A stretch of DNA of 64,000 nucleotides from a bacterium (GTDB taxonomy: Bacteria > Electryoneota > JAOADG01). A program made the position numbers and the translations under genes. The stretch is taken from NCBI GenBank assembly GCA_963681965.1, contig OY820579.1:2368001-2432000 (forward strand). Direction: 5' to 3'. A model generated the notes under the pieces. That model saw only the letters and a program-made list of their open reading frames with translations, was not told the DNA's origin and ran no database searches. Shown here one piece after another: positions 32,219 through 42,997 of the stretch. Numbering within the stretch: the first letter of the stretch is position 1; the number at the start of each line of letters is the position of its first letter.

Positions 32219-32927
32219 GTTACCCCCTAACATCGAGATCACTGAATATTTCAGTGATGTTCGAGAAGTGAATTAGTCGATTATCGAATCCCAATCAGAA
32301 TTTTCAGCTCTGTGAAATTCGAGTGGTTACTAGACAGGCAATTCACAGTGGGTGGTTGTAGTTATAATATCGGAATAAATTGTAACAATATGAATATATG
32401 ACTCACGATAATAACAAATTAGTACTCTCGTGTAGTTAATTAACAACTCATCGAAATGTTTGTCGATATGTAATTCATATTATAAATGAGAAATCAGATT
32501 TGATCATTAGCAATTTTTAGCTAGAGAGCTATGTGGAACTCTACAAAATAAATTATTCATAGTGGCAATTAATTAAATGAAATAATTGATGAAAATAAAA
32601 ACTGTGGCAAGCAGTCGAGTTATTGGTGATTCACTATTTTATACACTACTGAGAGTACAACCGGGCGAAAGAGGATGTCACATTCAATATTCGATCGAAT
32701 CGATTTCTATTCAATCGTCTTCGCAAACCATTTATCTGAGAAATAAATGGAAATAGATGGTTTTCGACGAAGAATGAAACGAAAAATAGGCTTGTGAGGA
32801 GTTTGTGATTAACTGGCAAGGACCTAAGAATTGTGGAATCGAAAATCGATTGTAACAGATGTTACTTTGCTTTGATTTGATACTGTATCAGGGATAAATG
32901 CAATTTTGTAATCGGAAAAAAGACTGA

Positions 32928-34166
32928 TCAGACGGTTCGTTCGACGATTAGCAGTGTGATGTCGTCGGTTTGTATAGCACCTTCGGAAAAAGCTGCAATC
33001 GCCTCAAGAATTTTTTGTTTGATGATGATCGACGAGTAATTATTTGCAGCGACAAGATCAACCAGACGCGACATCCCAAACATATTTTCATTACAATTTT
33101 CTGCTTCGGTAATCCCATCGGTAAAAAGAATCAGACGCGAACCCCGCTCGAATGGCAGAGATTTACGCTGTGCGGGGAGTTCCGGCAACAGTCCTAACGG
33201 CACGCCAGTCGATTTGATCTGAGTAATCTCGCCCTCGGCGGTTAAGAGAATAACGGGGATGTGACCGGCGCTGATATAGTCGAATCGGTCAGCAGTCACT
33301 TCTGCCGCAAATAGTGTAATGTAAGTACCGAGTGGAAATTGCATGGCAAAATGAGCACCGATCCGGGGAATCGCATCCAGAATCGATTCACCGATACTGT
33401 TGAGGTAGCGCAGTAAATTCGCCAATCCCGACATCCAGAGACCGGCACCGGGACCTTTTCCGCTGACATCGGCGACAATTGCGAAGTAGCCATTGCGGGT
33501 AGGGAATGCATCGAAATAGTCGCCCCCAATATTTCTTGCGACACTGCAATGTCCGGTGACTTGCATCCCGTTGGGTTGGGGAATTTCCGACGGCATCAAG
33601 CGTTTTTGGAATTCACTCGCAATCGACAGTTCGGAGACTAATTGTTGTTCGGCAAGTTCGGTTTCATGCATCTGGCTTTTGCGAATTGCCAAGGCAGCCA
33701 GTGCAGCAAAGCACTCCAACAATTCTTGTTCGCTCTCATGGAATAACTCGCCGTCAATTCGGTTCAGCGCTTGAATCGTTCCGATTGTTTCGTCGCTGGT
33801 TCGAAGTGGTACGCATAAGTAACCGTGTGTTTTGAAGCCGGTTTTTTTGTCGACGCCGCTAAAAAATCGCGGATCGGATTCGACATTGGCAATGTTGATC
33901 GATTGGTTGTTGGCGGCAACCCACCCGGCGATACCGGTACCGACGGGAATGACGATCGGTTTAGTAGGATCAAGAATAAGATTGGTTGAATCGGTAAGTG
34001 TCAGTTGGTCGTGATTTGTGTTCATCAGGAAGATCGAAGCGGCTTCGCAATGAATCAACGATTGAACCGAAAGTAAAATTTGACGAAACATCAATCTTGT
34101 TTCGTTGGATTCAAGCACCGAGCGAATAGCATTAGCCAGTTCGTGGTAACTGGTTTCTGTCATCAT
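32928..34166 (-). CDS. GAF + PP2C/SpoIIE phosphatase (RsbU-like)
   Basis: GAF (GIAGWVA...DPRF...D..TGF.T); GGDYFD, ADVSGKG, FTDGITEA, DDITL. Confidence 0.92.
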   Translation of the reverse strand: MMTETSYHELANAIRSVLESNETRLMFRQILLSVQSLIHCEAASIFLMNTNHDQLTLTDSTNLILDPTKPIVIPVGTGIAGWVAANNQSINIANVESDPRFFSGVDKKTGFKTHGYLCVPLRTSDETIGTIQALNRIDGELFHESEQELLECFAALAALAIRKSQMHETELAEQQLVSELSIASEFQKRLMPSEIPQPNGMQVTGHCSVARNIGGDYFDAFPTRNGYFAIVADVSGKGPGAGLWMSGLANLLRYLNSIGESILDAIPRIGAHFAMQFPLGTYITLFAAEVTADRFDYISAGHIPVILLTAEGEITQIKSTGVPLGLLPELPAQRKSLPFERGSRLILFTDGITEAENCNENMFGMSRLVDLVAANNYSSIIIKQKILEAIAAFSEGAIQTDDITLLIVERTV

Positions 34167-34197
34167 ATCTAACCGGCTTCCGATAGCGTACTTCTTA

Positions 34198-34542
34198 TTA
34201 TTTGATCAGCGCGATTGCAGCTTGACGCGTATCGGCAACGGAAAACAACGGAAGTAGCGACGACATCTCTAACAATTCTCTAACATCCTTGGGGATATTT
34301 GCCAATACCAGTTTGGCTTGCGCGCCACGAACCGAAGTCAATACCGCAGCCAGTGCGCCGATACCGGTAGAATTCATCCATTGCACCATTTCAAGGTCGA
34401 GTATGATCTTCAAACCACCACTCATCAATTCATTGCGAACGAGTTCGGTCAAAGATTGAACTTCATTACCGCCCATCCATTTTCCGGCTAAAGCGATTAC
34501 CAGAACCCCTTCTTCCTTTGTCGTCGAAACCATATCCCACAT
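34198..34542 (-). CDS. STAS anti-sigma-factor antagonist (RsbV/SpoIIAA-like)
   Basis: IILDLEMVQWMNSTGIGAL; adjacent to the PP2C gene. Confidence 0.9.
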   Translation of the reverse strand: MWDMVSTTKEEGVLVIALAGKWMGGNEVQSLTELVRNELMSGGLKIILDLEMVQWMNSTGIGALAAVLTSVRGAQAKLVLANIPKDVRELLEMSSLLPLFSVADTRQAAIALIK

Positions 34543-34829
34543 AGTAACTCCCGATTTTAAGTTGAATGCGTTCGAATAAGAATTAAAAGAAATTTTAAGG
34601 ATTGGAACAAGTTGGAATCTTACTATCGATCAATTTGCTGGATCGTGAATAGGATAAATCGATCGATAATCGGTGTAATATACTAATATTGAAGTTGATA
34701 GCAAATGACTTAAATCAAGAATTCCAAAATAGTATCGATCTAGGATTGAGGCTGATATCAATCGATTAGAAATAGAAAGGGTGGAAGCATATTCCACCCA
34801 TTTGACAAGGCAAGATGTCGTTGACTTAG

Positions 34830-35981
34830 CTAATCAGAATCGCTGGCATCCCGGACAAGTCGAAATCCGAGTTCGGTTGCTGGCACATTCTTAAAAGTAT
34901 AGCTACGTTTCGGTGATCGGCACCCATCGCGAATCGTTCCCCAATTTCCCCCGCGATAGACGCAATAATTAGTGGCATCAAGGTAAGGACTGGTATCGGT
35001 CTGATCGGTAGTATAGAGATGAAATGCATCTTCGCAGTACTCTTCGACGTTACCTAACATATCGTAAAGTCCCCATGGATTGGGTCTGAGCGAGCCGACT
35101 GGATGAACATCTGCCAGACACATCTCACCATTCCAACAGTAACCATCCATGTGGATATAATTCGTATCATTACCCCAAAAAAATCGCGTGGTAGTTCCAG
35201 CCCGACAGGCGTACTCCCACTCTGCTTCAGTCGGTAACCGAAATTGATTATTGACATTACCCTCAAATGATTGAATTTCATTCCATGTGATATTATTTAC
35301 CGGACAGTTATCGCCTATCCCGGAACTATCGTAACCAACATGCGAGGGATGGGTTCCTATGATCGCAGCCCATTGCTGTTGCGTGATCTCGTATGCTCCG
35401 ATCCAAAAACCATGTTCAACGATAACCGGGTGTTTCGGCATTTCATTTCGAATCGGCGTGAGATCCGTTTCGGATGACCCCATTAGAAACGTTCCAGCCG
35501 GAATCCAACGCATGTCGATCGATAATCCTGAATCGCCGAGTGGAAACGATCGTGCAGTACCCGCAACCGGGTCGGTCGTTGCTTTTATACGGTAAAAATA
35601 TTGTTGACCGGTATTGGATAAAATATCTGGTAAAAAGAAGGAGGCAGTTGAAGTCGCGCCGATATAAGACCATCCGCTAAGACAGTATGGATTCGGGTCT
35701 TGCCGGTTCACCAACAACCGATAAATCTTATAACGATTTACGGTCATTGTTTCATTCAAAACATTTCGAGTGACCGTCGACCAGGTGAGGCGGAGTGAAT
35801 CCGATTCCTGATACACTGCAAGATGAGGATTGACCGGTGGTTTCGGTGCCGTTGTTGTTTGCGAAATTGAAACAACAAATAGCAAGATTGCAACAGTCAT
35901 TAGCATCACAGAAACATTCTTAACAACATTCCGAATTCGACTGGATATACGTTTCAAAGCTGTTATGTGCATAGAAGTCAC
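34830..35981 (-). CDS. Formylglycine-generating-enzyme (FGE-sulfatase/CLec-fold) domain protein with N-terminal FN3-like domain
   Basis: IPAGTFLMGS, YEITQ.QW, FRLPTEAEWEYACRAGT, PNPWGLYDMLGNV.E, RGGNW...LGFRL; start codon uncertain. Confidence 0.9.
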   Translation of the reverse strand: MTSMHITALKRISSRIRNVVKNVSVMLMTVAILLFVVSISQTTTAPKPPVNPHLAVYQESDSLRLTWSTVTRNVLNETMTVNRYKIYRLLVNRQDPNPYCLSGWSYIGATSTASFFLPDILSNTGQQYFYRIKATTDPVAGTARSFPLGDSGLSIDMRWIPAGTFLMGSSETDLTPIRNEMPKHPVIVEHGFWIGAYEITQQQWAAIIGTHPSHVGYDSSGIGDNCPVNNITWNEIQSFEGNVNNQFRLPTEAEWEYACRAGTTTRFFWGNDTNYIHMDGYCWNGEMCLADVHPVGSLRPNPWGLYDMLGNVEEYCEDAFHLYTTDQTDTSPYLDATNYCVYRGGNWGTIRDGCRSPKRSYTFKNVPATELGFRLVRDASDSD

Positions 35982-36491
35982 TAGTCACCTCAACGCATCA
36001 AATTAGTTTCGCGGATAAAAGGAATGATTTAATTAAATTACGAAAATACAGTCATTCGTAACGAATTCAACAGTAAAATTATTCGTCTTCCAGCGATAAT
36101 CAAGTGAATTGAGTAAAAATTGTATCGGTTTTTGTGATAATCATCACTATCACAAGTATCAAAATAATTATAACTAATGCAATCAAAGAGTTGAGAAAAT
36201 TGTGTAGCTGATTTTATCTCATTTATTCTGAGAGTTTAACTATTATCTATATTATTGTTTATTAATAATATGAAGTTCGACGCCGCAACAGACAATACTT
36301 CAGTGATCAACGTTCTTTGATTAAATCAGTAGCTAGATACCGATACTATAGATATACAGCATTTTTTCGAGGGAGTGTTAAATATCATTAAAAGTTATTT
36401 ACCTAGAATAAGGTTCCAGAAAAGAACTATATTAATGCATTGAACAAAATTTTCTTACAAATTATCGTTTCGATCTTCCGGAGTTCAGGCA

Positions 36492-39400
36492 ATGGCTTCA
36501 GATCAAACCAAAGATCCTTTGACACTTCTTTCCAACTTATTACTCGACGAACAACCGTCAACGATTTCAATTCCCGTCGGTGAGCGACGCGAAGTCGTGG
36601 TGTTTTTTCTAGATATTGTTGGATTTTCTACGTTATCAGAAAAGCTGAACAATCCCGAAAAACAGTACACGATTATCTCTCAGGTTTTTGCCGCCTTCTC
36701 AAAAATAATCGATGACCATGGTGGAAAAGTCGAGAAGTATATCGGCGATGCGATTCTTGCAGTGTGGGGGACAGACCAGATTACTGAATTCGATGCGGAG
36801 AAAGCAATACGCAGCGGTATTGAAATTCTACAAAAACTTGTCGCAGTCAACGAAACACTGTCTTCCCTGGGGATTGAAATTCAGGCACGGATCGGGATCA
36901 ATGCCGGAATGGCGGTTTTTGTACCCGATCCTTCGCAAACCCCCGACCCACGCAACGCACGAAGTTGGTCGGTAACCGGCGATACTGTTAATACAGCCCA
37001 ACGATTAGAAAGCAATGCGAAACCGGGAACAATCTTTATCAGCGCATCCGTACGCGAGCAAGCCGGCGAAGCGTTTCTTTACGAGGATATGGGCGATCTG
37101 ACAGTCAAAGGAAAGCAACATCCCATTCACACCTACCAGATCGCCGGGAAAGGAACTGGACGCAAAAAACCGTGGGAACGCGTTGAATTAGTCAAGCACT
37201 CGCGTATGGTTGGACGGGATCGCGAATTGTCACGTTTGAACAACCATCTCACAATTGAACCGGAGTTGAATGACGATGGCTTTGCGAAACCACACATCAT
37301 CGGAATACGCGCCGAAGCCGGTCTTGGAAAATCCCGGTTGTGCAGCGAATTTACAGCCGAACTAACGATTCCATTTCTGAAAGGTCAGACCATCGCCTAC
37401 GCTCAACCTTCTAATTGGGTCTGGATGACCTTGTTACGGGACTTCTTTCATGTGAATGAAATCGATCCCGATGGATATTCGAAGCTATGTGATAAGATTG
37501 GATCGATCGCAAACGAGACGAATCGCAATCGACTTCAATTAAGCATGCCGTTTCTAGCCCACTTACTCGATTTACAATCACCGGATAACAAACGAATTCA
37601 GGCAATGGATTCCAAAATCATCATGCAGGAAGTGAAGCTTGGTATCAAATGGATTTTGGAGAATCTGGCGGAAAAACAGCGAATCGTGGTTTTGCTGGAA
37701 GACTACCATTGGATTGATACCGCGTCCATTTCGCTGCTGAAATACTTGATCCGAACGCTCGAATCGCTTCACCCCGTACTCTTTCTGTTACCGTATCGAC
37801 CTAGTGCGCAACTACCAGTTTTCGATTCCGATGAAGCGGTCGTTGAAGATATTGTGCTCACTGAAATCGGAAATGAAGATTGTCGTGATTTGCTTCGCAG
37901 CATGCTCGGTTCGAGTCTTCCGGAAGAGACTGAACAATTTCTTTTGTCTCGTGCCGAAGGTAATCCATTTTACATCGAAGAAGTCGTAATCTCACTGGTT
38001 TCTCGCGGTATCCTCCTGCGCGAGGGCGAGCATTGGATCGTCATGCAACCGCTAAGCGAAGCCGATGTTCCCTTGACACTTCAAGCGATCATTCTGTCGC
38101 GAATCGACAATCTGGAGCAAAAGCAGAAAGAGTTATTGAAACATGCCTCGGTAATCGGTCGGTTGTTTCTGGTCGATGTCCTGCAGCAGATGGTGCAAAG
38201 GTCTTCTCCGGGAATCGATCTCGAAAAGGAATTGAATGCTTTATCGCAAACCAATCTGATTTTCGAAGCAGTCGATTCACGTGAGCGCGCCTATATTTTT
38301 AAGCACGCTATCACCCGCGAAGTTGCTTATAGTACCTTTCTGGAAACACAGTTACATGATTTACACCGGAATGTCGCTGAAATCATGGAGAACCTGTTTT
38401 CCAGTAGCGATACTTATGCGTCGTTGATTGCAGACCATTGGGAAAAATCGCGATCCGCTCCGGAAAAAGTCGATCAGTGGAATATGCGGGCATTGAAGCA
38501 TTTCTCTGTCAATTATCGCTTCGAAGATGGGATCGCTCTTGCCGAGAAATTATTGAAGCAATTGGATGAGTTACCCGACAGCGTTGAGCGATGTAAGAAG
38601 AAGTATCCGGTTTGGATGATACTCATCGAATTGTTGGCGAACAACTATGAGAAGCAGCTAGCCTTATTAGAAGAAGCGGAAAAGGAATCGCGAAGATACG
38701 AACTGATCGATCAGCTTGCCAGTATTCTAAATCAATTCGGTCGTTTCTATCAGAATCGAAAACAAATCAGTAAAGCCGAATTCTATTATCGCGAAGCCGA
38801 ACCGCTTATTCGATCACTCAATGATAAAGCGATGTTGCAGCGATTTCTTATCGCCAATACCTATTTGGCATTCCAGGATTTGAATAAAGAATTGGCCGAT
38901 AGGTATTTCACTGAAGCTCGGGATTATTTCGATGAATTGAGCAATTTAACCGATTTCTACAATATTGAACAATTCCAGTTAATGCGAGATATCGAATCGG
39001 TTTATTCGCCAGAATTTGACGAACTTTACGATAAGTATATTAAAAAGGCGCATGCGAATTTCGATCGATTTTTAGAAGCACACTGTTTGACACTTTGGGG
39101 TTTGATTTTCGGTCATCGGCTCAATTTCAATGGAGCATACGAGAAACTGAATCAAGCACTCGATATTTATCAACAGATCGGAATATTAAAGGGGTGTGCC
39201 GATTGTTACAAAGAAATTGGTTACTATAATCATTATGCTGGAACCTACGATCTTGCGTTAGCAAATTCGCAGAAAGCCTTATCTATCTTCAAAAAGCTGC
39301 AAGAGCCGTCGCAAGTGGCATTGTGTATTCAGACGATTCATAAATCACTCCTGCGGTTGAATCGCATTCCCGAAGCTGAAGAGATGTACCGACTAGGTAT

Positions 39401-39680
39401 CGAGAATTGGCAAAAAGTAAACTATCATTGGGGTGTCGTAATTTTTAAAATCGAAGCAGGAGTTTTTCATTTACGGCAGAAGAGTGTTGACAGAGCGATA
39501 CAGTTCTACGACGAGATCGTCGAGTTATTCGATGTATTAACGCATTACGGACCGGGTCAACACTATGTCGCTCGCTTTCGAAAACGTCTCATCGAAGCCG
39601 GAGTCGATATTACACGATTGCCAATTCCCGAAGAGTACTTGACTGCAGATCTCGGGCTTTCATATTTGTTCGACTGGTGA
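36492..39680 (+). CDS. Class III adenylate cyclase + AAA/STAND-like ATPase + TPR protein (paralogue A)
   Basis: FLDIVGF, EKYIGDA, GDTVNTAQRLE; Walker A AEAGLGKS; Walker B LLEDYHWID; GNPFYIEE; helical repeats. Confidence 0.9.
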   Translation: MASDQTKDPLTLLSNLLLDEQPSTISIPVGERREVVVFFLDIVGFSTLSEKLNNPEKQYTIISQVFAAFSKIIDDHGGKVEKYIGDAILAVWGTDQITEFDAEKAIRSGIEILQKLVAVNETLSSLGIEIQARIGINAGMAVFVPDPSQTPDPRNARSWSVTGDTVNTAQRLESNAKPGTIFISASVREQAGEAFLYEDMGDLTVKGKQHPIHTYQIAGKGTGRKKPWERVELVKHSRMVGRDRELSRLNNHLTIEPELNDDGFAKPHIIGIRAEAGLGKSRLCSEFTAELTIPFLKGQTIAYAQPSNWVWMTLLRDFFHVNEIDPDGYSKLCDKIGSIANETNRNRLQLSMPFLAHLLDLQSPDNKRIQAMDSKIIMQEVKLGIKWILENLAEKQRIVVLLEDYHWIDTASISLLKYLIRTLESLHPVLFLLPYRPSAQLPVFDSDEAVVEDIVLTEIGNEDCRDLLRSMLGSSLPEETEQFLLSRAEGNPFYIEEVVISLVSRGILLREGEHWIVMQPLSEADVPLTLQAIILSRIDNLEQKQKELLKHASVIGRLFLVDVLQQMVQRSSPGIDLEKELNALSQTNLIFEAVDSRERAYIFKHAITREVAYSTFLETQLHDLHRNVAEIMENLFSSSDTYASLIADHWEKSRSAPEKVDQWNMRALKHFSVNYRFEDGIALAEKLLKQLDELPDSVERCKKKYPVWMILIELLANNYEKQLALLEEAEKESRRYELIDQLASILNQFGRFYQNRKQISKAEFYYREAEPLIRSLNDKAMLQRFLIANTYLAFQDLNKELADRYFTEARDYFDELSNLTDFYNIEQFQLMRDIESVYSPEFDELYDKYIKKAHANFDRFLEAHCLTLWGLIFGHRLNFNGAYEKLNQALDIYQQIGILKGCADCYKEIGYYNHYAGTYDLALANSQKALSIFKKLQEPSQVALCIQTIHKSLLRLNRIPEAEEMYRLGIENWQKVNYHWGVVIFKIEAGVFHLRQKSVDRAIQFYDEIVELFDVLTHYGPGQHYVARFRKRLIEAGVDITRLPIPEEYLTADLGLSYLFDW

Positions 39681-39720
39681 GAATTCACGAAGGAAATAAT
39701 TTCTTCTGGAGATATGCTCG

Positions 39721-42700
39721 ATGGATTTGACGCACTCAAGCGATCCTTTGATACTTCTTTCCAACTTGTTACTTGACGAACAATCGCCAACAGTTGCTAT
39801 TCCCATCGGTGAACGACGTGAAGTTGTTGTTTTCTTCCTGGATATCGTCGGTTTTACTTCACTAGCTGAAAAGCTGAACAACCCCGAAAAACAGTATACG
39901 ATTATCTCTCAGGTATTTGCTGCATTCTCAAAAATTATCGATGACCATGGTGGAAAAGTTGAGAAGTATATCGGCGATGCGATTCTTGCGGTATGGGGGA
40001 CGGACCAGATAACCGAATTCGATGCGGAAAAAGCAGTTCGCAGCGGTTTGGAAATCTTACAAAAATTGATCTCGGTAAATCAAACATTGTCGCCGTTAGG
40101 AATCGAGATTCAAGCGCGGATCGGGATCAATGCCGGAATGGCGATATTTGTTCCAGATCCATCCCAAACTCCTGATCCACGTAACGCTCGAAGTTGGTCG
40201 GTCACCGGCGACACTGTCAACACAGCGCAACGATTAGAAAGCAACGCGAAACCGGGATCCATCTTGATTAGCGCTTCAGTGCGCGAGCAAGCCGGCGAAG
40301 CATTTATCTATGAAGATAAGGGCGATCTGACAGTCAAAGGAAAGCAACATCCCATTCACATCTACCAGATCGCCGGGAAAGGGGCTGGACGCAAAAAACC
40401 GTGGGAACGCGTAGAACTGGTCAAACATTCACGCATGGTTGGGCGGGACAAAGAATTATCCAGATTGAATAACCATCTTACTAGTGAACCGGAGTTGAAT
40501 GACGACGGTTTTGCGAAACCGCACATCATCGGTATTCGCGCCGAAGCCGGAATGGGGAAATCCCGGTTGTGTAGTGAATTCACCGCGAGTTTGACGGTTA
40601 CCCTTTTGAAAGGGCAGACGATTGCGTATGCTCAACCGTCAAATTGGGTGTGGATGACGTTGCTACGCGATTTCTTCCAAGTGAATGAAATCGATCCCGA
40701 TGGATACCGCAAACTCGAAGAAAAGATTTCGTCGATTGAAAACGAGAAAAGACGGAATCGCTTGCAATCCAGTCTTCCGTTTCTCGCTCATCAACTAGAT
40801 TTGAAATCTCCGGATTCCGATGGAATACGGTCGATGGATGCCAAGATAATCAACCAAGAAGTAAAGCTGGGTATCAAATGGTTATTGGAAAGCCTCGCTG
40901 AAAACAATCGGATCGTCGTATTATTGGAAGATTATCACTGGATCGATTCTGCTTCCAATTCACTGTTGAAGTATTTAATACGAACACTGGAATCGAATTA
41001 TCCCATTCTTTTCTTACTTCCCTACCGTCCGAGTGTAACGTTACCGGCAATCGATCCTGATGAAGCAATCCTTGACGATATTATTCTAACCGAAATTGGA
41101 AATGAAGATTGTCGCGATTTATTGCATAGTATGCTAGGTTCGAGACTACCCGAAGAGACCGAACAATTTCTTCTGTCGCGTGCCGACGGGAATCCGTTCT
41201 ATATCGAAGAGGTAGTGATTTCGTTAGTATCGCGAGGTATCTTGCAGCAAGACGGAAAACAGTGGCTCGCCATGCAACCGCTAAGCGAAGCAGATGTTCC
41301 CCAGACCCTTCAAGCCATCATCCTCTCCCGTATCGATAATCTTGAACTCAAACAGAAGGAACTATTGAAGTATGCCTCGGTTATAGGACGACTGTTTCTG
41401 GTCGAGGTGCTTGAACAAATGGTTGCAAGATTGTCGCCTGAAATCGACTTAGAATCGGAATTGCGAGCATTATCCCATGTAAATTTGATTTTCGAATCGA
41501 TCGATTCCCGCGAACGTGCTTACTTATTCAAGCACGCAATTACCCGCGATGTCGCATACGGTACATTTTTAGATGTCCAATTGCGAAATCTGCATCGGAT
41601 TGTCGCGGAAATTATGGAACAGATGTTTTCCGATACTGAAACGTATGCCGGTATGATTGCCGAACATTGGGAGAAATCGCAAGCTGCCCCTGAAAAGATC
41701 GATCAATGGAATATGAAGGCATTAAAGCACTATGCCTTCAACTACCGATTCGAAGATGGAATCGCGCTTGGCGAGAAACTGTTAAAGCGATTGGACGATC
41801 TACCCGATACAGTGGATCGATGTAAGAAAAAATATCCCATAGCGATGCAGCTCTTCGGTTTGTATGCGAATTTTCCCGAGAAAAAATTAGCGCTGCTCGA
41901 AGATTCCGAGCACGAGGCGCGTAAATACGGTCTGAATGATCAACTGGCAATAATTTTGACGAGATTTGCTCATTTATATGATAATCAAAAACTATTAGAC
42001 AAAGCAACGCAATATTATCTCGAAGCCGAACCACTAGTTCGAGCTCTTAAAAATAAAGAGGAATTGTTAAGTGTTTTAATTAATCTAGCCTATTGCGCGT
42101 TCGTTAAGACAAATTTGGATTCGTCAAATAGATATTTAGAAGAAGCACTGCAATATTTTGACGAATCGAGCAACATCGCAGATTGCTTTAATATTGAACA
42201 AATTCAAATACTGAGTCGAGTCGAAGACGCTTTTTCGCCATTAATAGACGAGCTTTATGAAAAATATATCAGAATAGGAAAAGTCAAATTTAACCGATCG
42301 ATTGTTGCAATTAGCTTGGGACAATGGGGTAGATTTTGTGCGATTCGTCGCGATTTCAACGGCGCGCTCGATAAATTTAACAGTGCAATCGAAATATATC
42401 AACAGATTGGTTTATTGGATAGGATCGCAGATTGTTATTATGATATCGGTCATTGTTACCATTATGCCGGTTCTTACGATCTAGCAATTTCCAATTCACA
42501 AAAAGCGATGTCAATGCATCGAAAACTCCATGATTCTCAACAAATTGTCTGGTGTATCCTGACCATTTATAAATCGCTACTTCGTTTGAATCGGCTGCCC
42601 GAAGCAGAAGAGTTGTATCGGCTTGGAATCGATGAAGCTCGAAAAATTCATGATCTCAATGATGAAGTATATTTTAAAGTTGAAACAGGGGTTTTCTACT

Positions 42701-42906
42701 TACGGCAAAAGGAATTGGATCGAGCTGTGCAATACTACGATGAGATCGGTGCTATGTTCGATATTCTTCCCGATTACGAGCCAATGCATTATTTTGTGAA
42801 TCGATACCGTAAACGCTTGATTGAATCGGGAGTCGATCCGGTACGGTTACCGATTCCGGAAGTGTATTTAACTGCGCAACCTGCGACTGATATGTTCGAT
42901 TGGTAG
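39721..42906 (+). CDS. Class III adenylate cyclase + AAA/STAND-like ATPase + TPR protein (paralogue B)
   Basis: Same motifs as 36492..39680; tandem duplicate, and both end in FDW. Confidence 0.9.
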   Translation: MDLTHSSDPLILLSNLLLDEQSPTVAIPIGERREVVVFFLDIVGFTSLAEKLNNPEKQYTIISQVFAAFSKIIDDHGGKVEKYIGDAILAVWGTDQITEFDAEKAVRSGLEILQKLISVNQTLSPLGIEIQARIGINAGMAIFVPDPSQTPDPRNARSWSVTGDTVNTAQRLESNAKPGSILISASVREQAGEAFIYEDKGDLTVKGKQHPIHIYQIAGKGAGRKKPWERVELVKHSRMVGRDKELSRLNNHLTSEPELNDDGFAKPHIIGIRAEAGMGKSRLCSEFTASLTVTLLKGQTIAYAQPSNWVWMTLLRDFFQVNEIDPDGYRKLEEKISSIENEKRRNRLQSSLPFLAHQLDLKSPDSDGIRSMDAKIINQEVKLGIKWLLESLAENNRIVVLLEDYHWIDSASNSLLKYLIRTLESNYPILFLLPYRPSVTLPAIDPDEAILDDIILTEIGNEDCRDLLHSMLGSRLPEETEQFLLSRADGNPFYIEEVVISLVSRGILQQDGKQWLAMQPLSEADVPQTLQAIILSRIDNLELKQKELLKYASVIGRLFLVEVLEQMVARLSPEIDLESELRALSHVNLIFESIDSRERAYLFKHAITRDVAYGTFLDVQLRNLHRIVAEIMEQMFSDTETYAGMIAEHWEKSQAAPEKIDQWNMKALKHYAFNYRFEDGIALGEKLLKRLDDLPDTVDRCKKKYPIAMQLFGLYANFPEKKLALLEDSEHEARKYGLNDQLAIILTRFAHLYDNQKLLDKATQYYLEAEPLVRALKNKEELLSVLINLAYCAFVKTNLDSSNRYLEEALQYFDESSNIADCFNIEQIQILSRVEDAFSPLIDELYEKYIRIGKVKFNRSIVAISLGQWGRFCAIRRDFNGALDKFNSAIEIYQQIGLLDRIADCYYDIGHCYHYAGSYDLAISNSQKAMSMHRKLHDSQQIVWCILTIYKSLLRLNRLPEAEELYRLGIDEARKIHDLNDEVYFKVETGVFYLRQKELDRAVQYYDEIGAMFDILPDYEPMHYFVNRYRKRLIESGVDPVRLPIPEVYLTAQPATDMFDW

Positions 42907-42946
42907 ATCCAATATTGACGAATAACTATTTGTCGCTGTTAACAGC

Positions 42947-42974
42947 AAAAAGGCGGAACTTCGGTTCCGCCTTT
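42947..42974. terminator. Bidirectional intrinsic terminator between convergent genes
   Basis: AAAAAGGCGGAAC-TTCG-GTTCCGCCTTT. Confidence 0.85.
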
Positions 42975-42997
42975 CGTAATTACTGAATTGAGTGGTT

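Noticed and set aside
34830-35981. Complete DGR in the window
   Set aside because: No RT, Avd or template repeat was found.
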